Assembly: GCF_009914755.1 (NCBI RefSeq)
Contig: NC_060931.1
DNA length: 64,000 nt
Reading direction: 5' to 3' (one strand)
DNA from: the human T2T-CHM13v2.0 reference genome, Homo sapiens
Under the pieces are notes generated by a model that ran no database searches, had not been told where the DNA came from, and worked only from the letters and a program-made list of their open reading frames with translations. The position numbers and the translations under genes were made by a program. Shown piece after piece: positions 28,377 to 45,341 of this stretch (the first letter of the stretch is position 1; each line of letters begins with the position of its first letter).

Positions 28377-29299
28377 ATCAAGTCAGGCAGCTCATTAGTA
28401 GGTTCTATCCCATTGCCAGTGAGATTAGAATTCATCTTGCTTCTCTAGGGCTGGTATCTGTGGCATCTTGGGAGAGCCCTGGGCACCCCATACCCTCCAA
28501 ACCACGACCTTGCTGCAGGCTCCACAGGGTTGGCCCAGTTTCTGTGACTGAACTTCTATGATGGCCTCTATTTTGCCGAGGGACCCCAGTGCCCTGCTGA
28601 GTTGGAAATCCGGCCATGAACCGCCACCTGTTTGGCGGGGGTCTTGTCTAGCTTGCTAGCCCTCCCCCATAAGGAGTTAAAATTGGCCCCCTTGGTCTTG
28701 GCTGGCAGCCAGCTCCTCTGTAATTAGAAGGATTAGCTAGACTCGCGAGGCTGCCACCTGTTTGATAAAGAAGACTGCCCTTCATGAACATGCCTCCCCT
28801 TGCTGCCTCCCCCCAGGCCTGTCTCCCTCCAGAGGAAGTCCCCAGGGAGGTCCAGCTGTCCCCCCCCAACCCCCACCTTCACTCAGGGTCCTGCTTCCTT
28901 CTCTCTGCAATGGACCTTCCATAGCCATGCTTGTAGCTTGAGCAGCAGCATCGTTTTCACCCAAGGGATTCAGCACATCAGTTTTCTTTTATGGAATATT
29001 AATGCAGTATTCCCAAAACTGTAAGTTGTGATTATTTACAGAGTTGAAAGGGCAACTGGAAATTATTTACAATGTCAAAAGGGCAACTGAATTTCTCTGG
29101 TTATTGGAATTATGCTCCAACCCCCGAAAAATATAGAAATCAGAGTATGCTTTCCTTATCATCCCTCACGCGGCAGCTGTCCTTCTTAATAGGGATACCA
29201 CAAACATATTGGATTGAAGGAAAACTATTGCTATAGGTGGCACTTTAGATATTAACAGTTCATATGCACGAAGTGCCAAGTTAGTTGTTTAGACATTGG

Positions 29300-30425
<1,126 letters not shown>

Positions 30426-30626
30426 TTACAGGTAAACAAACCTACTAAGTACAAGACACTCTACAAGGCACTGGGTGTAGAAGTGGTTCCTAGGCTTTGT
30501 TACTTACAGCTGAACAGAGAAGGCAGATGTTCAGCCATAAACTTGGAACGTGAGAACAGCCTGGAAAGCCTGCCAATGGTGTGATCATGTGCAAGTCGCC
30601 TACCTTCCTCAGCTTTGAGTTCTTCA

Positions 30627-30856
<230 letters not shown>

Positions 30857-30959
30857 TACAACTTATAAACACTATTATATACATTGTATGATAAAATACA
30901 CTGACCCACCTCATATGCTTTTGAAAATTAAGCATATGAATAAGCAATAGATTTAGATG

Positions 30960-31435
30960 TTATGAAACTCAAAATTCATAAAATGGTAAATAGTGAAAAG
31001 TCTCCCTTGTGCTCTGTCCTCAATCCACCAGTTCCTTTCTCAGAGATACCATTTTCTTGTGTACCCTTAAAAGGGTATTTTTTGCATGTACAAGCTAGCA
31101 CTGTGTGTGCACATATTCTTCTTTTTTCCTCTTTTTTTGTTGCAGAAATGATAACCTACTATTCACTATTCTGTGCCTTGCTTTGTTTGCATACTGAAAA
31201 TTATCCATGGAAGGATACAGCACCATTTTTACTTAAGGAACCCCTTATTTAGGGACACTTAGGTTGTTTTCAATATTCTGCTCTTGTAAAGAGTGCTGCC
31301 TCATTTCACACACATGTGAGTGTATCTATAGGATAAATCCCTAGGATTGGAATTGCTGCATCAAGGAGAATGTGTATTTGTAATTTTGATGCTTGTTGCC
31401 AAATTTCTGTCCATAGTGGCTCCAAGTTCCCCTCC
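30960..31435 (-). mobile_element. L1ME-like fragment
   Basis: atagtgaaaagtctccc...ggacacttaggttgttttcaatatt...ggataaatccctaggattggaattgctg. Confidence 0.7.
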
Positions 31436-33444
31436 TATTGGCAAGGTCTCCCGTGGCTATGAGGATCACATGAAATAATATGTTTAAAACAACTTCATGA
31501 GCTGGAAAATGGGTCAACATATCCAAAGGATCCTTATCCCCCTCTCTCCCTACACAGTAGCTCTTCTACCTGCTGCTGGGAGAAGTGATGGTTACATGTC
31601 AGGGGAGACACCGTACAGCCCCGTCAAGCCATTTTCCCCTAAGAGATATTTATCAGGGGTTGTTTTGACACGGGAGATGCCTCCTTGTCCTCATCTCCCT
31701 GAAGTACAGATGGCCGTGGGGCTCCTGTAACACATCTCATGTTGTGCCTGAGTATGCGGTGCGTCAGAGGATGTCAGCTAACAGCTTCTGCTGCCTCGGC
31801 ACTGGGTGGTGGGAACACTCAGGACTCCCTCCCGCCTCCTCCATAAATAACATAGAGACAGTTGTGTTGACTCGGCAGTGGCGTGATAGAACAGGCCGGG
31901 ATGGGAACTATGACCTCATCTGGTTTTCGACAAGCAGTGAAGATGTAGCTGATAATGCATGTCAGCTCATTTGTCCATACAAGCTGTGTTCATTGCTACT
32001 GGTTCTTCTGTTTGTGTTGTAAATTCTGTTTCACATTGGAGTTTGGTATTAGGTGAAAGAAAGAATGACAGGGATTCATGGTTGTCTCTTATTGAGATAG
32101 CTCCTCAGTTCAGTTCAACAGATTGTGATTGACACATCTCAATTTAACTCCAGAAGTTTCCACTGAGTGCCCACTATGTGCAGGGTACAGTGCTGAAATG
32201 TGTCATGTTTTTAAATACTGCTTACAGCTACAGCTGTTGGCTGTCTACATGGACTTTCGCAGACTGAAATAGCTTTCCTTTTTCCTTTTGCTAGTGGCTC
32301 ATTATATGTTACATTGACAAACTAAATTGCAAACCAGGGATGATTCACTTTGCACTATAGAAGCGTTCCTGAAAATTGTTTTTGAAAAATAATTGTTATA
32401 AAATAAATAATGTTTTAACTGTACTGGTGGATTTTTCTATTAAAAGCAAATTCCAATGCTGAATTATTTTGAAAGATAAAACATTATTTTCTGATGTACC
32501 TGTTCAGTAAAGGAGAATTTTTTACCTAAAGGGAAAATAAATTTGATACCTTTAATCATCTGAAGCAATACCAAATATAGGCTTTAAAAAATATTTTAAG
32601 AGCCTGTGAGCAGTTTATACTAACAAAAAGAACAAATGCCATGAAGATCACGCGACAGAGAAAGACATAATCTTATTTGCTGGCAATAGCTAATAACGAT
32701 AAATCTTCCAGTGTAAAAAATAGGAATTGTGAAAGAAGCAACAGAGAAAGATGAAAAAGATTGGAGAAGAAGAAGAAAATGAAAACAGAGAAAAGGAACA
32801 ATATCAGCAGGTGGTGGATGGCCCGAGTGGTAGAGGAAGTGAAAGCCAAATAGCAAAAGTGGCAGCAAAGAGGACAGCTGGCCAGTAGGAGAGAAAAGAG
32901 AAGCCACCTCTCCTGGAAGCTGTGTTATCTGACCCCCTCGTGCTGCTTCTGCCTGAGAGTGCGTCGATGTCTGACCTCCACTGGAGTCAGTCAGTCCTGG
33001 GAATACCGTGTATTCCTGCATAACAGTACCTTAGAGCTTTCCTTACGTGCTTACCTGGTGGCAGGTGACTGTTCTGAGTGCTTTGTGTATTAACTTGTTT
33101 AGCTGCCTTAGCAACCCCTTGAGAAATCATTTTCCCCACTAGACAGAGGACGTAGCTGAGCAGCTCACCCAAGGCCAGAAGCACTGAGCGGAAAAGCTAG
33201 GTTTGATTCGCAGAATTCTAAGATGGTCTGCCCCCAAGTTTCCCCTCGGTTGGTATACACGATCTGTAGAATCCTCTCCCCTTCCATGTGGACAGGACTA
33301 GTAAAAATGATGGGATTTCACTCTCTTTATTAGGTTACATTATACAGCAAGGATAAAGAGATATTTGCAGATAATAAGTAAGGTCCCTAATCAGTTGATT
33401 TTGGGTTAATCAAAAGGGAGACGTCCGGGATGGGCCTGACCTAA

Positions 33445-33774
<330 letters not shown>

Positions 33775-33780
33775 AAGCTC

Positions 33781-34261
<481 letters not shown>

Positions 34262-34833
34262 TAAAAGAGGCTCCAGGTTTTCCCTAAAGAAAGATAATTG
34301 AAGCTCCAGATTCTTCTGCTGACCCTGAAGAACCAAACAGCCTGTTGTGAACAGCCTATGGGAAGGGGCCACGTGGCCAGAACCTGAGAATAGGCTTAAG
34401 GTTGCTCAGAGTGGTCCCTGGCCAACAACTAGCAAGGAAATGGGGACCTCAGTCATCAGTCTCAGCGAAGTGAATTCTGCTAACAACCACATGAGTTGAG
34501 AGGAGAATCCTGAGCTCAAGAAAGGAACACGGTCTAGCTGACTCCATGATTTCAACCTGGGAAACCTGGAGCAGAGGACCCAGCCAAGCCACACCTGGAC
34601 TTCTGACCCACAGCAACTGTGAGCTAGTGAGTGGGTGTCGTTTTAAGCTGCTAAGTTTGTGTTAATTTGTTCTGTAGCAATAACAGATGAATGCACAAGG
34701 ATCTGAACCTCGTGATTCTGGCTGCAGAGCTCACATGCATCCTCCCTTCTCCAGGCAGCCTCTTCAGAGACGTCATCTCAAAAATCACTAAATCCTGGAA
34801 CTTCAGGGTTGAATGGGGAACTTTGATCTAGCC

Positions 34834-34988
34834 CAGTTGTTTAATCAAACTTTTCCTTTGCAGCAGATGGCCACTGTGCAAGCAGACTGGGGGAGCTGCT
34901 CTACTTGCTGTGGGGTGTGTGAGCCGCTTCTGTTCTTTGCACTCCTCTCCTTGAGGAATCTCTGGGGAACACAGTTTGAGAACCACTG
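34834..34988. mobile_element. Short hAT-Charlie MITE
   Basis: Termini cagttgtttaatcaaact ... ggaacacagtttgagaaccactg. Confidence 0.55.
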
Positions 34989-35339
34989 ATCTGATCCAAC
35001 AACTCATCTTTACATTTCCCTCTACAACATCCTGACACCTTGTTCCTTTGGAAAGTCTTCTGTGGCATTGAAATCTGGCTCACCGTAATTCCCACTATTG
35101 GTCCAGGTCCAGTCATAGGTGATACACAGAGCAAATGGAACTCTTTTTCCATAGGAGAATGCATCACTCATTAAAGACAGTTCTCACGTTTCATGGAAGC
35201 CTTCTATTTTCCAGACAAAACATCTCCATGACCACAAAGGAGCTGCCAGTCCCTTCTCTCCTAGTGTTTGCCTGTGTTTCTCTTAGAGTCAGGTCAGGAA
35301 CTAAGCACAAAATTTTTGGTGTGGTCTGCTTCACATAAA

Positions 35340-35830
35340 ATACGGCAAGCCTAGCATAAGCCACAGTCTAAATATTCTGTTTCCATGAATGCAGCGTTAG
35401 ACCACATTTGCTTTTTCGCAACCACAATGCAGTGCTGACTCATACCACACGCAGAGTCAATCAAAATTCCCTTTTCACATATGTGGTTGCTAGGGTATGT
35501 CTTCACCAACATGTACTTAGGTGTGTTTATTTTAACCTGAATACAGGCTTCACATTCATCACCATTGTGTCTCATCAGGGATCTGGTGCATATCTTGGAT
35601 GATCCTGATTATGTCATCCAACAATATTGCTCTTCTCCCTAGCATCACCTCAACTCTCAATTGGACAAATATGCCATAAATATCCTCATCGGAGTTATTG
35701 ACAGAATTTTGGAACCAGACAGGGCTGAGGTCAGAGCCCTCTAGCACCATATTGATGACTATTCCCAGTGTTTGGGTCCTTCAAAAACTTACAAATCCAA
35801 CTAATTGTATCATCTAATGGCAGTGATCCA
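35340..35830 (-). mobile_element. L3/CR1 LINE ORF2 reverse-transcriptase fossil
   Basis: Minus-strand ORF 35559-35750 (VLEGSDLSPVWFQNSVNNSDEDIYGIFVQLRVEVMLG...LDDIIRIIQD) aligns by eye with CR1 RT [25 protein letters not shown]...KFADDTKLG...LEDRIRIQND. Confidence 0.7.
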
Positions 35831-36819
35831 ACTCATAAAGGTACCACCAGAAACATAATGAACTATTTCCTGGCCGCCAAGTACAGGCATTAAGTCCATT
35901 TCTCTGCCTTCCCAAGCCAGGAGGTCACTAGAGCTCCTCCTGCATGCCCACAAACATGTAGGAGCCTCTTTTCGAGGATGTGCCTCATACCCACCCTTTT
36001 ATAGTTTGCTCCTCCTTAGATAAACACCATTCCCCCCCGCCCCCCATGATTCCATTCTCTCTCATCTTTTTTTTTTTTCCCCTTACTCAGATTCCCTTGG
36101 GAAAAGGTAAAGACTACTTAGAGGATACCAGTGAACCTTGGAGTACCTAAATGACTGTGGCAGGCCTCATCTTTATTTCAGAGGAGGAATCTTTTTGGGG
36201 TATCTTATCATAAGAAATAGGGTAGGGCTCCAGTGTAAAAGTCAGGACAAGTTGCATAGGTGGGAGGGGTGCAGGGAAAGGTGGGGTCTGCATGTGGGGA
36301 TGGGGTGGGGAGGGAGATGAAGGGACAAGGCTGTGTTTACCTCTGAGGTTTCCGTGGGGCAGGGGCGAAGCCAGCGTCTTCTGCAGCCTTACCCTTTCTT
36401 CCTCTCATTTCACCATTTCTCTACCAGCCACACCTTATATTAAAACAGAGGGTAAGGGGAAAAATAAGACTTGCTTTGTAAAGTGGGGTCATTGTTCTTG
36501 ACAGCACTGCTCCATGTGGCATCTTGGGATGGATGAGTTCCCAGATCCACCCTAAAGTGGAGATGCTGTGATTCCACAATTCCTTTAGAGAGACCATAAA
36601 GCCCATATGAGTGGGCTTGGTGGAGATAGTCTGCGATTATAAATATATCACAAGCCTGTCTTGGTTTATTTTTTCATATACCTTTCTCCTTTATTCACAT
36701 TCATTTATATAAACGTGAAAGTTGCCATGGGTCTTATAGGATACCTATGCTACCTGAAGACCAAGAGCTTCTGTTTGATCATTGAAAAAGAAGTGTTTTA
36801 GTTGTGGTTAAATTTGACA

Positions 36820-37589
36820 GTGCAGCATTCACCTAGTATTCATTTACCATCTCTAATAACTATCTCCCTTCCTCTGGGGATGGGGACCCTTTTCTTCTCC
36901 TGTATTTTTAGTCCATTTGTTTCTGGTGGAGTCCCCTCTATGCTCTACTTTATACGGGTATGCAGCTTAGGTCTGGCCAATCAGAACCTTATATTCTCCC
37001 TTGTTTGATTCAAGGCACCAAGAGGGCAGAGAGACTTTTGCTGAGTCTCCTGGCAAAAATACGCTTGGTCTTCTTCACTGAACTTTTCAGGTTTTGAGGC
37101 TCAAGCCATCTGAGCCACCTTGCCCCCAGGAAGTGGGGATCTGAAAGAGGATGGCACTAACACAGAGAAAGTGGAGATGGGAGATGGAGGCAAACTGAAC
37201 TCTGGGGGCATGAGGAGGAAGTGACTACATTCTAGACTCAGCCAGATTTCTTGGGTTTGAATTGTTCTGCCACTTACAAATGTGGTCACTCTATCCAGAT
37301 TGGTCTCTGTGCCTCAGTTTACTCATTTGTGAAGTGGGAATTGTTATGATACCTACTCATGGAGTCTTAGTGAGGGTCAGGTGAGTCATGTGAAATGCTG
37401 AGAACAGCACCCAGCATTTGGTATGTACTATACAAGTGTTAGTCATCATTTGAGCCCTATGCCAAGACATGACTAAAATGAGACCCACCCCTTGATTTTT
37501 TTCAGCTCAAAGAACAATAAATTTTCTTTTGCTGATAGTCCGTTTGGGTTGTGTTTGTTGTCACTTAACCCAAAGAGTCCTAACTAGTA
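36820..37589 (+). mobile_element. LTR16-like ERVL LTR interrupted by MIR
   Basis: ggtctggccaatcagaacc...aacacagagaaag...catttgagccc...aataaattttc...gtcacttaacccaaagagtcctaactagta. Confidence 0.7.
37220..37448 (+). mobile_element. MIR nested in LTR16-like element
   Basis: ctctgtgcctcagtttactcatttgtgaagtgggaa...gtgaaatgctgagaacagcacccagca. Confidence 0.78.
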
Positions 37590-38019
37590 GACTCAGTGAA
37601 ATCAAATTCATATTCAGGTTTAAATTTTGTCTTCCTTAATGACCCTAAGATAGAAATAATCCAAACTTAGATATTCCTTTCTTGATTATTGTCCAGCAAT
37701 GAGCAAGGTCTTGGAACTGGCTAATTTCCTTCTTCTTCCTATCTTCTTGCTTGCATTTGTTTGAAATTTGGTCTTCAGCATGTCTTTAAAAAATACTGCA
37801 TGTCACAATTATTTAAGGAACCTCAGAACACTGCAATTAGATTTTCATAACAAGCATATACTTTATGTCCTTTATTTCCAATTCATGCAGTATTTAAAAT
37901 GACAATATGAAAAAATAAACTATGAAAAATTAAAATAAATATATTAGTATATTAGACATAAATAAAAATTTAAAAACACACTGAATGGGGAAGGTGGGTA
38001 GTTGGCTGGAGCTGTGTGT

Positions 38020-38185
38020 GGGAATAGGGAGCAAATAAGAAAACCTGGGAATCTCCATTGGGTTCAGCAACTGCTTGGCTGTGTGGCCTTGGACAAGTCA
38101 ATTCTCGCTGGTTTCCCAGTCTGTAAAACAGGCAGGATGTGATAGCTGAGGTTCCTTCCTTATTAATTTTGAAGTGTGTAAGAGC
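38020..38185 (+). mobile_element. MIR/MIR3
   Basis: gctgtgtggccttggacaagtcaattctc...cagtctgtaaaacagg. Confidence 0.65.
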
Positions 38186-40479
38186 TTTCTTAAGCATCTT
38201 AAATAACATGTTTAATTTTCTCTGTGGTTGTGAAATGATGCAAAAGAAATTAGAAAAATGTAGCTGTTAATGAGACTCATCTGCGTTTTGTGATTCCTTA
38301 GAATTTGTGGTGTATATTTTAGGGTTACTCCCATCTCTTTTCTTTCTATATCCAAAGGGATTTGTTTACTCTTTTTTTCCCCCCATTTTCTTCTGTCTCA
38401 AAAATCCATGTGGTCTTCCTGAGTCCTCACTGTCTCAATAATCAAGGGGCTTGGCCATTTCAGCTGAGAATAGCAGCAGTGGCTCTAGTCAGCTTTAATT
38501 AGCAGGGAGCACGCAGAGAGGAACAATAAGGAACCAGAATTGAAAACAAATAGTAAACTAGAGACAATGGAGACAAAGAAATGGAGACAAAGCAAATAAG
38601 TAGAACCAGTTCAGAGGGCTGGGAAGACAGAAGCCACAACAGTGTTAGTCTTCCTTTTTCTTAGAATGGAAAGCCAGGCCAGGCATGTAGTGGGCACTCA
38701 GGGGATTTGCAGGAGTGAGAGGGGCAAGGGAGAAATAGATGAGATTGAGCATTTGGCTGTGTGTGGACACGCTTCATCGTGCCAACTCAACTAGCCCTGG
38801 GATGCCGGAGGAAGAAAATCACAAAAGGAAACTTAGGATGCCCAGGTTCCAGCACAAAATGCACTTCCCACTGCCGAGGTGAAACTATCTGAGGCATTGA
38901 ATGAGGAACAATACAATTTTTGAGAAAGCTAAGGAGGTGCCTACCAACCCGCACCAACGCATTTGTTTTTGAGAAACGTGGTGCTTATTTGCAAGTAAGT
39001 ATTCATTTCATGCCTCGCTATTTGGCTTGTAGGTTGGACTTAATTAAAAAAGCTGTAGCATCTTTGAGTCCAATTTCCTCTTTTCACATAGCATCTGTCC
39101 CTGACAGCTTGTGTGAGGCTCGGCCACTTGTTGAGGCTGAGGCTAGAGGAGGAAATGACAAGGGAGAGGCAAGATGGACATACGCCTCTTGTTGGAGGTG
39201 GCACTCTCTAATTCTGCATGGCCCCGTCACGTGCTTGGGAGGCTTCTTGGTTTAAGCAAGGCAACAGATGTCTCCGAGAGGGGGATGCTGGCAGCGTCCC
39301 AAAGGCCAGCAGGACTACGGGTTAGGCATGAGTAAGCCGACGGGAGAGGGAGGCACACATGCTTTGCCCTCTGCTCAGAACTGGAAAACAGGCGAACATT
39401 GGATAAGAGCAAATTCTAGAACTGAACAGAGGGTGATGGCGGAAAGAAAATACTTCTTTGGAACAAGCATTATCCTGCGGGGTGGAGGTAGATGTGGGGG
39501 ATGGGGAACTTGACTATTTTCAAAGACAAATATGCCCCAGCACTTCCTACATTGAAATAGATGGCACAAAAGATAAAAGTCAATAGGGTGTTGACTTTGC
39601 CTATCAACGCCGCACTGTTTTGCTTTGCAAAGCATGGCTACTTACATATGCATTTACCCGGAGGTTTGACTTTAAATGTTACCAAAAAAGAGAACTGAAG
39701 CTTTCTCCCCTTACAGCTGTCATTCTTAGTTATCAGGACAAGCCTATCAGTAAATCCAAACCAACCTGTATCTCATTTTGAAACAAGTAATTGAGTTTGT
39801 GGTAAGTAAGCTCTTACAGATGGAGCATGCACTTAATCTACTTTGCATTTGAAGGTTTTAGTGTTGCTTTTAAAGCAGTTTGTTTGAAGTTCAAGGTATT
39901 AGAATTTGGATCTTTAGGGACTTCACTCTTAATTTAAAGGAATCTTTGTAAATTGCTTGGGCCTTGTTCCTGAAATTACCTGGCATTTCCCTAACTGCAC
40001 TGTTTTAAAGCACAAGGACCGTTTGACCAAACATGCTGCATTCACGTTCTTTTTCTGGGCCTTTGCTCTTGGCCTCTGCATACCTTTATTCCCTAACAAC
40101 AGATGTTCTGGCTATATTTTGTCTCTGAACAGTCCCTTTTGCTTTTATGCAAAGGAACCCAGCACTGTGGCACATCCCACCTGAAGCTTGTGTTTATCGC
40201 TCTGTTCCTTGTGGTTCTGTGGATAGCGAATCTCTGCTGCTGTTCCCATTTCTTTCCATTTGATATCTGAAGAATATAGTCAGCCTGATTGCTGAGCAGA
40301 CTGTCAGAGATTCATGGAAGAAGACCATCTCTGGGCCATCTTACGGCTTAGATTCACACACAGCCACATATCTAGAAAGCCAGCAAGGTCAGGAGCAATA
40401 GGGGTTTTGTTTGGCCAGGCAGTATTCCCGTGAGACTTGTGTGCCACCATGAATAACGTTTAGTAAGTTTTACTGGTAC

Positions 40480-41650
40480 TTTGCGAATTACACAAGTAAT
40501 AAGATGATATTTATGGACAAATTAGAACAAAGTATAGATAAGCAAAATGGATGACCTGCCTGCAAATTCTACATTTAGAAGTGTTAATGGTGGCAAATCC
40601 ATTCGGGTCTGCAGCAACTTCAGTTCTTGCCTCCTCAGAAGAAAAAATTCAACCAAGGGGCATAAGGCACAGTGAGAGACCAATGCAAGTTTTAGAGCGA
40701 GAGTGAAAATTTATTAAAAAAATTTAGAACAGGAACAAAAGGAAGTAAAGGACACTCAGAGGAGAGCCAAGCAGGCAACTTGAGAGATTCAAGCGTGTGG
40801 TTAGACCTTTGACTTGGGGTTTATATGTTGGCATGCTTTCCGAGGGTTGCATCTCTTCTTCCCTTATTCTTCCCTGGGGGTGGGTTGTTTGCATGCACAG
40901 TGTCCCGCCAGCACTTGGGAGGGGCCACAGGTGCAGTGTGTTTACTGGAGTTGTACCCATGCTCACTTGAGGTGCTTTTCCCTTACCAGCGGAGTGTTTC
41001 TAGAGGAAGGTCATATACCAGTTAAATGCCACCATTTTGCCTCTTAGTGCGCATGCTTGGGCCCACTCACCCAACTTCTAAGATCTTACTGAGAAGCAGC
41101 TGATCACCAGTTTCAGGTGTTTTCTATCTATTGGGAGCCAGCCGTTCCCTGGCACCAGCTGCAACCAATTATTATTTAAGAGACAGATTAACAACTGCCT
41201 GACCATCACCTGATGGTCTCCTGACATTCCCGGTTGGTGGTGGAGGGGTGCTCTCCTGCCCTGCTTGTGTCTGCCTGACTCCCTACTGTAACAAAGGTAA
41301 TGCTTCTAATTGCCTTTTATGTACATATATACATGTAAATATGTATTTTCTTTTTAAATGTGGTCAGACTGTTCCCATTAAATTTCAAAATCTACCATGG
41401 ACATATTTCATATCTTTAAGTATTTGACATTATTTTAATGGCTATGCATAGTTCAGTTGCATGGATGGAACTTTCTTTTTTTTAACCAGTCAACTATTGT
41501 TACGTATTTAGGTTGATACCAGTTTTTCTTTCTAATAAACCATGCTGCAATGAACATTCTTGTGGCTAAAGCTTTGCACATCCTTAATGTTTTTTTTAAG
41601 TATTAAATCCTAGAAGTTGAATTGTTTGATCAAAAACTGCCACGATTCTT
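40480..41650 (-). mobile_element. L1ME-like fragment split by MER50
   Basis: ttttaatggctatgcatagttc...gtatttaggttg...tgctgcaatgaacattcttgtg...aaatcctagaagttgaattg. Confidence 0.65.
40582..41293 (-). mobile_element. MER50 solo LTR (ERV1)
   Basis: TG...CA termini; minus strand begins tgttacagtagggagtcaggcagacacaagcagggcaggagag; ~710 bp. Confidence 0.85.
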
Positions 41651-42619
41651 ACATGAATCTATCCTGTATACCCTTTAGGATGGCACAGAGTATCTGTGTA
41701 GCAAAAGTTAGCACCGAATGTTTTCCACACTAAACCTGAGATAGGGAAAGAGCAGGAAGGACTTCTGCCCTTTACTCTCGGAAGTTTTGTTTGTATTACT
41801 GCCTGCTATAAATACAAAGAGAAGGACTTGGCTCCTCCTGTATTTTGGCTGTTGCAAGCCCTAAATATTTAATTCAATATGTTTAAAGTAGGCCTTATGA
41901 ACTACCGGGGCGGAGGATTTTATGACACTTTTACCATGATGTGCAAATTTGTATATCCACACTTTATCTGTAGGAGTATCTACATACATTTAGTTATGGG
42001 AGGCAGAGGATGGAGCGAGGGACGGGCCAGCACCCTTAATTCTTCTCTGTGTTGAACAGAGATGCATGTTTTTGATATGCTGAGGAGCATTACTATAAAA
42101 TGCAGACTAATAGTATTTCACTGGAGAATAGAAAATACTTAGGGAAGCTGGAGTGCTCCGAGACAACCTTTCAATCCATTTACCAAAAGAGCTTATAATG
42201 GAACTCAGGTTTCAAGGGAGGTCAAACACTAATAAATATTGAGAAAAAATAGTTAAAAGGACATCAAGTTAATATTTTACAATCTATTCTTTGATCTTGG
42301 AAGGCTTGAAATATTTTTCTACACTACTTCTGTGATTTATTGATTCACCCCTGCCAATTGGCATATTGGAACAGACACAGATGCCTTGCTTTTAACTACA
42401 GCTTCCGCTTCTATAATGCTTTGCAATGCCAACAGATTTTTATGTATTCACTGGCATCACTTATTGATACCGCCACAGTTCTGGAATATTTGCTAGTTAA
42501 AAACTGGATCGTTGTCAGTAAAAGCGACTGAAATGTTATTGATTTTTGTTTCAATGCTGTAATAACATCTCTTGGTTTTGTTGTATTGGTTTGGGGGGAA
42601 AAGTAAAACACCCTGCATT

Positions 42620-44125
<1,506 letters not shown>

Positions 44126-44803
44126 ATATTCACGAGACTGCTAGTAGGGTACTTGGAGAAATACTTTTGGGAGTCTTTGTACAGGGATTTAAAAGATTTA
44201 TAATTTTCTTACAGTTACATGATTTGGGAAAAACAGGGGTGTTTGGGGACAAAAACAACAAATATTTGGAAGGTGGCATGCCTTTCTTATTTTGCCAGCC
44301 TTTCTGTATCCACAGAAACACTTTCTCAAAACTGTAAATTGGGCATATGTCCTTCGTGCCTGCCTTGTAACCGCAAGAAGATACCATTTTTGTGCCGCGT
44401 TGAAAGACAAGGACAGAAACAGAGAGAAGCAGCTGAGATCTTAAGTCAGCACGTTTGATTCAGAGGCATTATAAGTGTAGACCTGAGAGACTCTGCTCAA
44501 AATGCAGCAAATCCCTGCTTTCTGTCTTTGAGGCCTACTGTACAGGTAGAAATGTCACAGGTCACCACTTTATTTTCCCCACACGTGTCAGCACATTGAG
44601 TGCACACAGCACCATCCCCTCCCTGCCTGTTCTCACGTATGTTTTTGTCTTCAAAAATTCCTTCTCTATTTATGCTTGCTGAAATTCCATTCCCTTCAAG
44701 GCCCAGCAAAAATGCAGACTTGTGTGTGAAGCCTTCCCAGACCCTTGCAGTCCTCATGGATCCCGCTGTGTGCTATGCTCTTTAGAACAAGCAAGCCACA
44801 GGG

Positions 44804-45144
44804 CAGTCATCCTCTGTATCTTTGCAGGATTGGTTCCCTGGACCCCCCACAGATACCAAGATCCATGGATGCTCAAGTCTCTTATATAAAATAGCATAGT
44901 ATTTGCATATTACCTACACACATTTTCCCATAAACTGTAAATCATCTCTAGACTACTTATAATATCAAATACAATGTAAATGCTATGTAAATAGTTGTTA
45001 CTCTGTATTGTTTAGGGAATAATGACAAAGAAAAAGTCTGTACATGTTCAGTACAGATGGAACCATCCATTTTTTTCAAATATTTTTGATTTGTGGTTGG
45101 TTGAATCCACAGATGTGGAACCCAGGGATACGAAGGGCCGACTA
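44804..45144. mobile_element. MER2 (Tigger-family MITE)
   Basis: TIRs cagtcatcctctgtatc / gatacgaagggccgact; internal aaatgctatgtaaatagttgtta. Confidence 0.9.
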
Positions 45145-45164
45145 TATCCCTCAGTTTAGCTGTG

Positions 45165-45165
<1 letters not shown>

Positions 45166-45208
<43 letters not shown>
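45166..45208. repeat. (AC)n microsatellite
   Basis: Perfect run. Confidence 0.98.
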
Positions 45209-45210
<2 letters not shown>

Positions 45211-45341
45211 TTATAAACCCATTGAGGGCAAGATTATATCATACTTTTTTGGTATTTTCAGCACCTAGAAAATGCCTTGGACACTAAAGGCACTCAGAAT
45301 TGTAATGAAATGGAAACAACCCCTTTAAAAAAAAAAATCAG

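Noticed and set aside
29228-29245. CTCF-like ctataggtggcact
   Set aside because: The 5' half of the motif mismatches; too weak without ChIP data.
32320-33060. Purine-rich, Glu/Lys-like coding appearance
   Set aside because: Stops interrupt the + frames. It may be an old Tigger-like DNA transposon remnant, but I could not assign it.
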